NCBI GenBank assembly: GCA_977016875.1
Contig: CDRNST010000066.1
Coordinates: 1,364,001-1,428,000, forward strand
DNA from: Pavona decussata
Lineage: Eukaryota
Reading direction: 5' to 3'
DNA length: 64,000 nt
Shown: positions 37,548-49,790 of the stretch, one piece after another
Numbering within the stretch: the first letter of the stretch is position 1
Layout of the letters: every line of letters begins with the position of its first letter
Program-made: the position numbers and the translations under genes
Notes under the pieces: model-generated
Told to the model about the DNA's origin: nothing
Seen by the model: the letters and a program-made list of their open reading frames with translations, nothing else
Databases searched by the model: none

Positions 37548-38579
37548 TATGACAAAACAGCAACTGTGGAATATATCACAATGCCGGTCGCTCTTTGCCG
37601 ACGATGTTTAGGGATAGAATTTTAGACCTGCATTACAACGGCACAGTGAACGTCAAATTGCACGGGAAGTTCACGTGAGTCATACTTACGTCGGGAAAGT
37701 CATCAAATGTTACGACGAGTCGAATACAGCTCTTAGAGCCCAAAGGAAAACTTTCGTGAGACCCAAAATAGATGAGACTGTTTCCGAATACATTGAATGT
37801 AGCAGACTTATGAGCCTAAGCATTTATGGAAATGAAATCAGACAAAGATTACTCCTTGATGGCGTTGTTCACCCAGTTGACCTCCCCAGCATCTCACAAA
37901 TAAACAGAGTTTCACAAAAACAACATGCCATAACAAGAAAGAGAATAACCGTCGTTCCATGCGAATCTACTTCGCTTGGTGCAACAAGTGGTGTGGATGC
38001 TTTTCTTACCGAAATTTCGAACTTAAGGGCAACAAACTTACACTTTTTCGGCGAATCTAGTGTAATCAAAACAACAGGGAATAGAAAGTATGGCAGCGCT
38101 GTTCTCGGCGAACCTGCCTTTGAAGTTCAACGCTACGCATCCAATTCGAACTACACAATTAATTTATTACACTCTATAAAAGGGGTTGAATTTTATAACA
38201 TTGTAGATGGCCCTTCCAACAGTATGGAATTATTAACTTTTTTCGTGAGGCCCTACGGCTAAAACGACAGGATTGGAGTGCAACTATTGAACGCGGAGAC
38301 TGTGTTGTAATGGACAATTGTGGATTCCATGATGCACGGTTTATGGAACCTATTTTGAGGAACATGCTAGCTGACTGTGGGATAAGGTTATTATTTCAGC
38401 CACCATATCATCCTGATTTTAATACTTGTGAATTTTGTTTTCGTGAAATAAAGGATTTTTTGCGTCGCTATCAATTGTTAGCAGAACATGAAACTAAAAT
38501 TGCCATCGCGGAGGCTATTTTACAAAGATCGTCACAAAACTCGCGCTCGTATTTTCGCCACTGTGGATATGTTTTCTAG
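37548..38579 (+). pseudogene. IS630/Tc1 transposase with a paired-like DNA-binding domain (D-38-E spacing), frameshifted
   Basis: The N-terminus GRSLPTMFRDRILDLHYNG..RQIAREVHVSHTYVGKVIKCY resembles the paired domain. The catalytic region reads FF(G)ESSV, VMDNCGFH and QPPYHPDFNTCEFCF. Confidence 0.85.
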
Positions 38580-38816
38580 TTTTCATTTTTCAATAAGAAC
38601 GATTTATTTATTTTCAACTTAGAATAAAAATAAATAAGAACATGGCTATTGAGTCCGCCTTCGCCTTTGTGATCCCATTTGTTTACTTTATAATATTAAA
38701 TAGCTATCTATCTCTTTATCACTTGCAGTGTTTCAACCGAAAAATATATAAACTGTGATCCCGATAACACAACGTAAAAGAAAACCGTACATCATATAGA
38801 AATAAACATGTCATAG

Positions 38817-39869
38817 TCACAAGAATTTTGGCATCATTGCCTGCAACTCAGAATTCTGAACTTGGTCAATGATAAGTGGAAGTTTCCAATCCTCGCTCTC
38901 ACCCCAGTCTGGAACTTTATTATTCAATGCTCTCTGCAAAATTAGAAGATCACGGTTCAGTTGAATTCGTTTTCCACTACCATATTTGAGTAAATTTTGC
39001 GCCTTCAATCTCGGCCGCATCAGACCAAAGAATGATGTTTTCGCGCGCTCACATGCACTTGCTAAACTTTTGATGTTTGCCTCTTCTTCAGCGGCTTGAT
39101 TTTCAAGAAATTGATCTCTCGTTGAAGCTCATTGACCTTCATTTTGTGCTCAGGATGTTTATCTTTTATTTTACATGAATCAATATCTGAACATGGAGGA
39201 TTGCGGCATGTTGTTTTTGTATGGCCAGTTGCGTGGCAATTATTACACACGCGACCTCGTAGACTCGCAAGTGTCATGTACTCTTTTTTGTACTCCTTGT
39301 TGATTAAGTTTCTCCAGTTCTTCCTTTGCAGTAGGTACCGGGACTCGCAAAACTGTAAGATTTTCTGTCATCTCCTGTTGTTTTGAATCCAAAGGGCTAA
39401 GTCCTTTCTGGTCATTTAGTGTTGAGGTACAGGTAGAACTCGCTCGCGCGTCTTGTGTGAAACTTGTTGACGACAACATTGTTGAATTGAATGACAGCTG
39501 TTTTGGTTCTAAACAACTAAGTTTGTCGCTAGTACTTGGATTTCTGGGTTCAAAGTCTAGCCGTGTCATCTTATGCGGGCATGGAGAGTCAATTTCGCTG
39601 GCTTGAATGAATATTTTCTTGTAGTCGCGGTCTCTCACTTCTTTCGCAGTATGAAGCATTTCCAGGAACGCAAAAACATCCACTTGACAAACATTCACCA
39701 TTTTGCCATCCTCCTCATGGTAACGAAGTCTGATTTTATCTTTAGCTAGGTGAGCCAAGGAAGAATAATATTTCTTGATGCTACACAAAAGACCTCCATA
39801 CAATACATTTTCCAGGAGGAAAGTAGTAAATCGGTTGCCTCTATATTCCACTTTTACCTGAAACGCCAT
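38817..39869 (-). pseudogene. Cargo gene: PB1-like domain + coiled coil + CCHC zinc knuckle, frameshifted
   Basis: MAFQVKVEY...KIRLRYHEEDGKMVNV has the PB1 lysine and an OPCA-like motif. VCNNCHATGHTKTTC is CX2CX4HX4C, followed by further Cys/His. It spans three pieces: 39243..39869, 39062..39277 and 38817..39020. Confidence 0.7.
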
Positions 39870-40619
39870 GTTTGTTTGCTGTTGAGAATTGTGAATCCCT
39901 CGAGAGTGGATGCTGAAATGAAATTGACGATTTGACATCTCCACCCTCGACAGTTCCCATGTTTTGATTGGCCAGTTTAAATAAAAGCTGGCAAAAAGTT
40001 GTCAAAAAGATGTCAAAATTTAATCAAAAATCTTCTCAAGTGTCAATGGCAGTGCGCGTAGCACTGTAAAACCAATCGATTCCAACAAGATCTGCCACTC
40101 CATGGTTAAGCAATGCACCCCACCCGAAATTTGGTGGTGCCTGCAATCCCACACTTTATACCCGAACCCTATGTGGACCAGTTCTTCCACCTTTGGGCAT
40201 GAAAATTCCTCCAGGTTTATGCACGGAATGTCCAACATCACCAACAAGTCATTGATCAATATGTCCACTATAGGCCACGTCAGACTTCGATTCTGTCTTG
40301 TTGGCTTTATATAAGTTCAGCATGTCAATGGGTACTTGGTCCTACGGCATTGCATGTTGATCCGTGGATACGACAGCATACATATGTCACTTGCTTGACA
40401 TGACTGGGTAAAAGCTCTGTATACCTCATTGGCATTTCGTGCATGTGGTTACCATAATATCCAGCCCGATCAGCATAGCCCAACTCACCACAGTAAAACT
40501 TAGGGACAAAAAACCTTCCATATAGCTTAGAGCTGTGATGAAGTAATAAAAATTGCCCACACTTACAGTTAAATTGCTGGGATAACAATTGGTGAGGATC
40601 CCATTTTCTCGAAACGCAT

Positions 40620-41340
40620 CAAAGACATGCTGTAAATTCAATAGATTTGTTAAGTTTTGAAGACAGCTGAAGAGTTTGAATTTGGTCAAAATTTGAAAAT
40701 GTCTTTAAATTCATACATTCTTCATCAACATCCGCCCATCTGATTTACAGGAAACCAAGATTTGAAAAGATCAGAACCGCCTATGCAACTCTTTCTTCTC
40801 AGCTTTCAGTTTGCTGATTTGTTGCCCAGTGTCATAAGAGACCTTAGGATAGAGGGTGTTCCTCTTAACCTGCAAACATCAACCAGCAGTTTACAGTTCA
40901 GAGTAAAGCCCCATGTACATAATCCGGGCTTAGGGTTAAGGGTTACTTTTTACCTGTGTATCATGGGATACTTGCAAGAAAGCAAGATGTGGCTGCACCC
41001 GAGAAAAGTATCAAGGTAGCTGTTGTTGCTTTGAATTTGTCGTTATTCGACACAACCACTTAAGGAACTCTTTTCATTTCTTGAGATAACGTTCAAAGGA
41101 ATGTAAATTGGATGTTTAAATGTCGCTATACGTTTGAAAACTAGTAAAAAACTTTGCCGTATTTCACTCACCTATAGACAGTGATGTTGAAACCAAAACC
41201 TTAAACGTTTAACAAAACACCTGTTTGTGCTAAGAGTACACCTAGCGATTCAAGTCGTATTCCAGTGAGAAGAGTAACTATTGGAAATGGCGGAGAAAGT
41301 ATTGAAAAAGGGTCAAGAGGAAAAATACCAACAGAAGTCG
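40620..41340. repeat. Unclassified interspersed repeat, copy C
   Basis: It matches 36600-37100 and 24160-24715. Confidence 0.85.
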
Positions 41341-41469
41341 AATGGTTGAAACAGGTTCCTAGTAGGGAGTAACGAACACGAATCAATGATGAATTACCAT
41401 GGATAAGATCTCGCTAAACATGGTCACAAGATGTCGGGTCAAAATTTATGGGGGAGGGGAGAAGCACGT

Positions 41470-41830
41470 TGAATGTGGTTGCACTATTTTAAGTGTTTTT
41501 GTTGTTGTTGTTTTTTTGTTTGCAAGGTTTGTGTCACTTTGTGTACCAGCTGCTGAAAATTCGTCAATTTCAAGTCAGCTTTCTTCTGCGTCGTAGCCAG
41601 TTGTCCCCACATTTGAGGGTTTACCCGTATGGGCTTAAGCTCAGGACAATTTGCAGGTCGCTTATGCTTTGCCACAATTTCTTTGATTTTATCCATTGAG
41701 TTTCTTAAGGAGTTCAGCTACAGCTGGGTCAATATCATCGCCATTTTCGTCTTCCTTCTCGTAAGAGTCAACGGCAGGCTTTTTCCTGCCATTATGGTCC
41801 GTGACCAGGAAGGTACTAGGTAGAAACCAT
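41470..41830 (-). mobile_element. DIRS gag fragment, second copy of the 10760-11030 family
   Basis: KHKRPANCPELKPIRVNPQMWGQL...KADLKLTNFQQLV, with high DNA similarity to 10860-11030. Confidence 0.75.
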
Positions 41831-44800
41831 TGTGGAACTAGGAGGTGTCGCAGTTGAACTATTTCAAAAACTAATTTCCATTGCCGAAAATGGTCACACA
41901 CTGGGTAGATGCTTTAACGCTGGCTGTATACTGTCACCCCTTTGTCTTCAACTTTCGGCGATGCATTGTTGTATATCGCCATATCTTATTTTACAAACGT
42001 GAAAGGACCTGTCGCAAATACTTTGCCTTTGCCGTAGTTGCTTAGGAAGGCAAACAGTATCGAGAGCACTAGGGACTATCTCAAGTACTCTAGACAAAAG
42101 GGGGTCTTTGTTGACAATTTTTACCTCATTAGCATAAGCGCTTCAGTTTCTGGTCTAGCGACAAGAGCATTGCCCGATGAACTGTCCCAAGGAATTTGAG
42201 CCCATTTCTTTTTTTTCACCTTTTGCAAAGAATGTATGGGTTTATTAGCACTTTTGCCACCCAGAAATTTTGCACTTTTTAAAAGCCAGTATCTCCTTCA
42301 ATATTTCAACCAAAAAGCTAAAACTTTCACCAATTACTGTCACAAGTTTGCCTTTGACATAATTTAGCGACCTATCCGCACCCTTCCTTCTCCCTCATCA
42401 ATGTTGAACCTGAAACGACGGGATGACATGTCTTTGACTGTTTATCAACGTTGGGAGGTGGGGGGGAGGAAGGACAGAGATGACTGGAGCAGAAAGATTT
42501 TGCAAAGTGTTACTTCTTGGTATTTTGTCAATGAATAAGTGAGGGTGAGGAAAAAGGAGACGGCACAATGTACTCTTTTGTATTATTTTAACCCATTGAC
42601 TCCGGTCGTGCCTTGCGCATGCTCTGCGTGTGAAACTTGACACCTTCTCCCTCCCTCCTGGGGTTTTTTGAATTTTTGCGGTCTTGCAAGAATTTAATTT
42701 ATGCAAAAAAACATGGAAACACGAGAGGGTCAAAGAGTTAATATATAGCCCTCATCTCTCATTTAAAGTAAAGGCAATAAAACTATCTTGTAATCTCTCA
42801 ATCTGTAAAGAAAAAGCTATTGATGTTATGAACTAGTGTCAATCAACATGTATCAAATTATTATCTATAAGATTCCTACACTAACATGGGCAAAATTTTT
42901 GTTTTTTAAGGCTCTTATAAGTAATACATCAGTTAATTATTGGATATTGCCATTACTCGATGAATAATCAATGGCTAATCAAAATTAGTATATCAAATTT
43001 AGTTTGCTCAGGAGAAAACTATTTATGTTGAAGCTTTATGTATTTGTATTTAATGTACAATGAAACCAACTTATAGTCTCTCAAATGTGAACAACATTTG
43101 GCAATGAAAAAGCTGCTTATGTCATGAACCAGTGTCAAAAAACATCTATCAAATTATAATCTATAAAATTCAGCCTACACTAACACGGACAAAAGGTTTG
43201 TCACCAAAGGCGCCAAAGCAATGATACATCTTAAAAACTATATGTAAAAGCACCAGCACATTCAAATAAAAGTGTTTCGGTCTCCAGTAATAATAATTAT
43301 TATTAAGGTATTCCTGGAGACTAAATCGTATCTTTCGGATCATGACCTTTTTTTAACATATGCGAGATTACTTAAAATGGGACCTGTACACCAAATTTCA
43401 GAGATAGGCGAGAGAAGTTTGGTTTCTACAAGGTCTTTCGCGGGGAAAACACGGACTGCCTACTGCGAAAATCCTTGCGTCTTCTTCGTGTACAATTCCC
43501 CAAAGAGTATGATGTTGACAATAGTGCTCTCTTTTACGTGAAAGATGAGACTGTTCTGGAGTTCTCTCAGTTCTATATGGATGAAGTAAATTTATGGTCT
43601 TCACTAAAAAGACATCTTTCGCGATCAACTCACTGGTGGGCGATATAGGAAATGAAATAAAAGCATAGATGCTCTTGACGCAGAATTTCCTCAAAACCGG
43701 TAATTTGAACTTCTCAACTTTACTTCTTTTGATCTATTGCGTGATTAATATTGTTTGTGGTAATACCGCAATTAACTTCTTAGCGCGATTATTTAACAAG
43801 TAAACACCATTTCTTCTTTTCACCTCTTATAGCCAACTACCTAAAAGCACACGCTATTCCAATATATTCCCTTCAGGTTTGCTGGAGCCCCGAACAGATA
43901 AAGGTCACGCGAAATGCAAGGAACGATTATCTGGAGTGCGAGCAGTCGTACTTCTTCCCCTCATGTCACGCAGGAAAAGTGACGGTAAAATTAGGCAGTT
44001 TCGCTGATCGCTTGATCTATGCGTCCTGCAAACATTAGGAGAAGACAGTCTCTTGAATCTTGGAACCAAGAGAGAAATGTCGACAACGAAGTGATGATTC
44101 AAATTGTTCTAAACGCGTTCTCGAACCACTTCCAGAGCCTTGGGCATCGTGAAGGCTTTTCCCATAAGCATCGCATCAAATATTGAAAGTGTCAACACGC
44201 TGATCAAGGTGTTGTTGCTATGTGAAGGTGATAAGCTAAACGCTTATTGGTTTCGCGGGAAAAATAGACGCTATGTATGGGTCTCTCAGCCATATTTGGG
44301 GGCCTTATTTTGCGTTTTACCGCTGGAAATAATAATTGTGGATACCTAAATCATGGCCACCATTGAAATGAACAGAAATGGATCGAACGTGAGCAATTTT
44401 GGGCAATTTATGGCCGATTTACGTACAGAAAAGGCTTACGTTGTGTGAGATTAGGAAATATTCAATATATTTTCTTCAAGACGATATGGCGTAGATGTTT
44501 GAAACTTGGCAGTTTTAAACTGCATGAGAAAAGAAAACTTTACCCCGCAGTGCGCAACAGAGAGTGCATTACACCACGAGTGAGTGGACGTTACTCTCCA
44601 TAAAGGTAAACTTTGTTAAATTTCGCTCTTAAAACAGTTCAAAACAAAACTACAATGCGCATTGGTTGAAAAGATGTGTTTTGTGTATTTTAAACGTGTC
44701 CCAAATTTTAGAAGAAAATAATAATTCCCATTTGCATTTTATTGATTTCAGAAAATTTCCTATAAATGACAGCACCCTTAAATTCTTAAAATTCCAGACA

Positions 44801-45092
44801 AACCATTAAATATTTCTTGTAAAAACTAATTTTTTTGGAATGTATATGAATTGATAAATTAGTGGTATTAAAATGACGTCTGTATCTTAAATATTGGCTT
44901 AGAAACAATGCTTTTAATTAGTGTCTAAAATTGAGCAAATTAAAACTCAACCGCCTTTAACACAGGCAGAGTGTGTGTACACGTAACCTGAAACAGCACC
45001 ATCACCAGATCTGGTTTGAACAACAACAAAATGAAATTCTATGGCAGCACATCTTTCCTACTTAGGTGGGGCACATACAGTTACATTGTAGA

Positions 45093-48000
45093 TCAACTGT
45101 TACCAAACGCCTGTCCCTTGCAAAAAGCAAGAAGCATGACCCTTTGAAACTTCTCTTCATTGTGCATGTGGGCCACTGGTAGGGTGATGTTTCTTGCACA
45201 TACTCCAACAATAGGAAAACAAATGGTGTGGTTGTGTTGTCGCTGCAAGCATTTGTGGTCGAACTTTACTACAATCAGCAACTTGTCTCCATTAATTGGC
45301 CGATGTCTTTGGCCAGTTAACCATCCTAAAATACCCGCAGGACTTATGTCGGCAGACTGGAACTGGACTTGAGAACCTTCTGGCTTATGCTCCCCACCTG
45401 CTACATCCTCTGTGTCTTCATGATCATAGGGAAGCTCTTCAGTGTATCTGGTTACTGTGGTATCTTCAGTAGTTAATATAAAGTCATGAAGGTGATCAAA
45501 CACTGTTTCCTCTGCTAGTCGTTTGGATGTCCCTTTCTCAGAGAACTGTGGACGTAGGAGAGAAAGCACGTAATTGGCATCTACGTCATCTTGATTGATG
45601 ACGAATAGCTCTTTGCATAGGTCTCCATTCTGAAGTACACTCAGCAAACCATAATGGTCCAGTCCTCTCTTGAACTCTTTGAGGTACAACAGCCTCTTGC
45701 TCACAATGCTCAATATTGTAATGTTATCGAGGCATAAATCGGGCTAGATTATAAGCACTACATTTAATGAATCGACACGAAGGTTACATGACACCTAGCA
45801 CATGGTCAACTCTGTGGCCCGCAAGGACTACTGGGATAGTCTTCAAAATAGCTGACATCACATCTCCCTTCGGAGTTGGTAAGAACTTATCCTAAATTAA
45901 ACAATCAATGTTGGGTCCTTGTGAAATCAGAATAAATCAGTTCTATTCCCTGAGATTAAAAATAACGGCAACATGTAAGCAAAGTCTCCAAGTTCTTAGA
46001 TGAATGATTAACTTCACAGTCACTAGATTCTGAAACGTTCAGGTAGTCTTATTTCCCGACCGCTTCGGGTGGTTCTCCTGGAAATAACAGGTTCAGAGGT
46101 CTGCGCAAGAGTGTTTGTCTGCACAGGACTGTCAGTCTTTCCAACAACCGGAGAGGCTGGGCTAGTGGCTGCTGCATCTACTTTGGGTGTTCCAGGAAGA
46201 AGGTTCAGTTGGCATCTGTTTCTCCTCAGCTGGCCATTAGGAGTCTCCACTATGTAGGATCGAGGGATACCAGCTCTGTCTACCACAGTCCCTTCAGCTT
46301 TTTGGTCTGGTAACCAAACGCACCCACCAGGAGGGAGGTCTGGGAGGGTTTTAGCTGAGTGACGCCTGTCAAAGTCGTTCTTTTGTCTGGTTTTCAGTGA
46401 AACATCCTTTTGTCGAAACTGCTGCAAGTATGGCCAACTTGGGCACAAAAGGGTAGGCAGGGTAGGGACTCTTGTTCAGATTTTCCTCCCCGACAATAGT
46501 TCTGCAGGGCTGATTCCACTCAAGGGGAGTAGAACGGTAAGCCATCAGAGCCTTGTAGGGATCTGCTGCTTTCTTGAGCAAGTTTTTCACCGTTTGCACA
46601 GCACATTCTACCTGGCCATTTGCTTGTGGGTATCTAGGGCTGGTTGTGATGTGGGTAAATCCATACTCTTCTGCAAACTTGGCAAATGAACTTGCGGAGA
46701 ACTGTGGACCATTGTCGGACAAGAGCTGATATGTGATGCCATGCCTGGCGAAGATGGTGGAGGATGTCGTATGAGACAGCCTAGCTACTTCGACGTTGGG
46801 TAATTCTGCACTGAAATCTTTTGCTTACACTTCGTTGACCTTTTTGACGACCTTTAACGCTTCAATGGCTGGTCAGCCAAGGAGGGCTTGGTGGGCTCCT
46901 GTCACAAATATCTCCTGCTGTGAGGCTTTGTTTCCTCGCTGGACTGTTCCAATAAAGCATCCACGACCATGAAGAATAGTTTCAGCGGGCCCAAAGAAGG
47001 TCTTGCTTGATTCGGTGAACGAAGCGGTTGGAGCGTTTTGTAGATTCTCTCGGGAGTAACAGTCACGTCCGCTCCAGTGTCAATTTTAAAGTGAACAGAA
47101 GAGTCGTTAAGTGTTATTTCCACTGACCAAAAGGACTCGGTGGGCTCAGTCCCGATTTCACCGAGAAATGCAATATTTTTCTTCAACTTCGCCTACATTT
47201 ATCAAGTACTTGCAAACGGCTTCCCAGTGGCCTCTCTTTAAGCATTTGTGGCGTGTCACGTCTTTTCCTGGGCAGTTTGTTCTTGCGTGACCCGGCGATT
47301 TTCCACAGCCATTACAGCGGTTCGAAATCGGGTGTGTGGATAGATTTTTAAACGGCTGCTTTGAAGCAATTGACGAGCTTTCTTTCTTAAATTTCGGCGT
47401 TTTCCTCGACTTCACAACATCGACTTCTTTCTTAGTTTCTGTGGAATCTTTGAAATTGCTCCGCAACAGGGTCTGTTTCTTGACAGGTTCGCTATGTCAC
47501 GCCTGGTTTATCGCTTTGTCAAGGTAATTTCAGGGTCGAGTTGGAGTTTCTCCAACAATTTGAATTGTTGAAGACCAACCACAATTCAATGTCGAATCAT
47601 TTGATCCTTGAGGGTTCTGTAAAATGAAACAGTCTTGCCTTCCCCTTGGCGGGGTCAATTTAACTTTGCCCGCTCAAAGATAACATTTCGGCGAACCACA
47701 AAACGTTCATCAAATCTTGTTTTAACGATGTGATATTCTTTGAGCTGGGAAGAAGTCAGGTTGAAGGAGTTTAAAATATCGTCCGCTTGATCTCCCATTG
47801 CGTAGATCAGCGTGTTGATCTGGCTTTCTTCTTCTTTTACCAGGGTGCTTGGCAAAAGCGTTCGAATCTTTGGCTCCATTTGGGCAATTCTTCTTGATGA
47901 CTGAAGTCAAACTTTTCGGACAGCTGCACTCGGAAAGATGTCATTGTCGAATCACTTTATCCCGCTATTGACACCGTGTAATGTTATTGAGACAGAAATC

Positions 48001-48664
48001 AGGCTAGATTATAAGCACAATACATTTCATGAATCGATACGAAGGTTACATGACACCGAGCACATGGTCAACTCCGTAGCCAGCAAGGACTACTGGGATA
48101 GTCTTACGTAATAGCTGACATCAGAAGTATCACTGTACCAGTTATTGCCTCACGATGGTCAGTGCTTATGATCCCTGTATACCCATGTTCCAGAATTGTG
48201 TCCTACATCTCTTTGGGGTCATTCTCAATTCTTACAAGCATTTCATTCTCATGCTTGGTTCGATGATGGGCTGCAGTGAACTGATTCATATCTATCTCAG
48301 GGATTATGAGCATATTGTACACACACTCCTCACAGAAACAAGGGGGTGGTCCACCCTGAACAATGCTGATTGAAGAAATCTGTGCGCATGTGTGAAAGAA
48401 CCCTTTGTGAACATAAAGCATAGAGTCAGTAGGAGAGCCATTTGGAAACATCTCCCTTCTCGTGTTGTCGATGGCTGATGATAGAAATTCCTTTGACATG
48501 GCACCAGTGTCTATGCCATCCTCGCCTGCAAAATGCACTCTCAATAGATTTTCTGGGGAATTTCTATTTGCCTCACGTCGCCAAATTGTTAGGTACCGTT
48601 GTAGACTAGAGCCCCTTCTGACAACAACATAGAACTGGTCTTTGTTGTTGACTTTTTCTTTCAA
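45093..48664 (-). pseudogene. G2E3-like HECT E3 ubiquitin ligase (terminal exon), split by a Gypsy element and carrying a nonsense codon
   Basis: The N-lobe reads VHFAGEDGIDTGAMSKEF...SIVQGGPPP (48203..48664), then an in-frame TAG, then DTILEHGYTG...TVI. Across the insertion it continues LSIVSKRL..F..GL...ILGWLTG...FPIVGVCARNITLP (catalytic Cys)...GQAFGNS*. Short candidate upstream exons lie at ~62492-62535 and beyond. Confidence 0.85.
45717..48125 (-). mobile_element. Gypsy LTR retrotransposon, internally deleted (no RT or RNase H)
   Basis: LTRs are at 45717-45862 and 47977-48125. The TSD is aatat/agtat. A PBS-like cggtgtcaatagcgggat and a PPT aagggaga are present. Coding remnants are gag QINTLIYAMG...RNVIFERAK, protease FKIDTGADVTV and integrase SDNGPQF...SPRYPQANGQVE. 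Confidence 0.92.
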
Positions 48665-49199
48665 GCCAGTTATAGAAATAGGAAAATTGGAATATCACTA
48701 CAGGTTTTCACTAGAAGATTATAACCTTATAGGAAGAACAGGAATTCATAAGATGAAAAAGAATGCTATTAGAATTTCTTCAATTCCAGTGTTTTATTGT
48801 TGTGAAAGTACATTACAATTCAGAAAATTTATGAGGTAAAGTTTAGTCACGGGAGAGGGGTTACTCCTGAAAATTTGTGATAGGGGTGTGCCGCAAAGAT
48901 TCTTGAACCCTGACCCTATAAGAGTAAGGGAAGGGAAAACGGATACCCTTTTTAAAGACCGAACACGAAAAATGATATCCTACCAACCAAAACAACAGCT
49001 AATGTGAACAGATTACAAACGCAAATCTCTATGAAAATCGCTTTTCAAATACTTCAGCGGACACTTCAGTTTTAAAAAGCTATTTTCTCTTCATAAAACG
49101 TGGCGCCTACGAGCTGCAATTTAACTGATATAATCCTTATCTAAGGACTAATCTAAGAACACATCACTAAATGAGGAAAAAAATGATACCCCTTGTAGA

Positions 49200-49395
49200 A
49201 TTCTAGTACATTTGAAGTATAATTCAAATAGGTGATAAACCCCTTAAAAAGTATACTTCATTTGAATTTTAAGTATACTTAAAGTATACTTACAAATAGT
49301 ATACTTAAAGTATATAACTTTTGGACATCCAGCAAAGTATACTTCACAAAAGTACACTTAAAGTATACTTTTGAGTATACTTCAAGTATACTTTA
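49200..49395. repeat. Left subterminal array of the palindrome AAGTATACTT
   Basis: There are multiple exact and variant copies (aagtatactt, aagtacactt, gagtatactt). Confidence 0.9.
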
Positions 49396-49429
49396 TGCAT
49401 ATGGCTATCTCCCAGTAAAATACAAGTAC

Positions 49430-49790
49430 ATATATTAAAGAAGTAAAAAACGCGCCCGAGTGCATTGTTGAGTTATATAAGCACGCGGGAAATTTTAAGA
49501 ACACGAGAGAAGTGCATAGAGAAGCACGAGACGTAGCCGAGTGCTTCTTGCACTTCTCGAGTGTTCTTAAAAATTCCCAAGTGCTTATATAACTCAACAA
49601 TGCACGAGGACAAGTTCTTTATTTCTTTTATAAAATGTTTAAGTAGCGCGCGCTCAAACTTTTGACGTAAGCAGCGTGCATTATTACCGCCATAAAGCAC
49701 GCGCGTGACGTAAGAAGCATGCTTTATGGAGCTATAATGAACTCGAACTGACCAATCACAGCGCGCGCAATTTCTCGATGGTTTTATAAT
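49430..49790. mobile_element. Non-autonomous element with a long internal inverted repeat (possibly Crypton-like)
   Basis: gtgcattgttgagttatataagcac..gggaaattttaagaacacgagagaagtgca (49459-49516) pairs with tgcacttctcgagtgttcttaaaaattccc..gtgcttatataactcaacaatgcac (49549-49604). The family call is an inference. Confidence 0.55.

Larger units (their letters stand above)
37240..40066 (+). mobile_element. Two-gene IS630/Tc1/mariner element with TA TSD
   Basis: Ends are TA|cagtgctacgcgc ... gcgcgtagcactg|TA. The imperfect TIR extends ~75 bp and contains tttttgaca repeats. It encloses a + transposase and a - cargo gene. Confidence 0.9.

Noticed and set aside
37548-37900. Host Pax gene
   Set aside because: The paired-like domain runs into a DDE domain inside TIRs with a TA TSD.
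42040-44780. Possible further DNA element with short ORFs
   Set aside because: I could not identify TIRs, a TSD or a protein motif.
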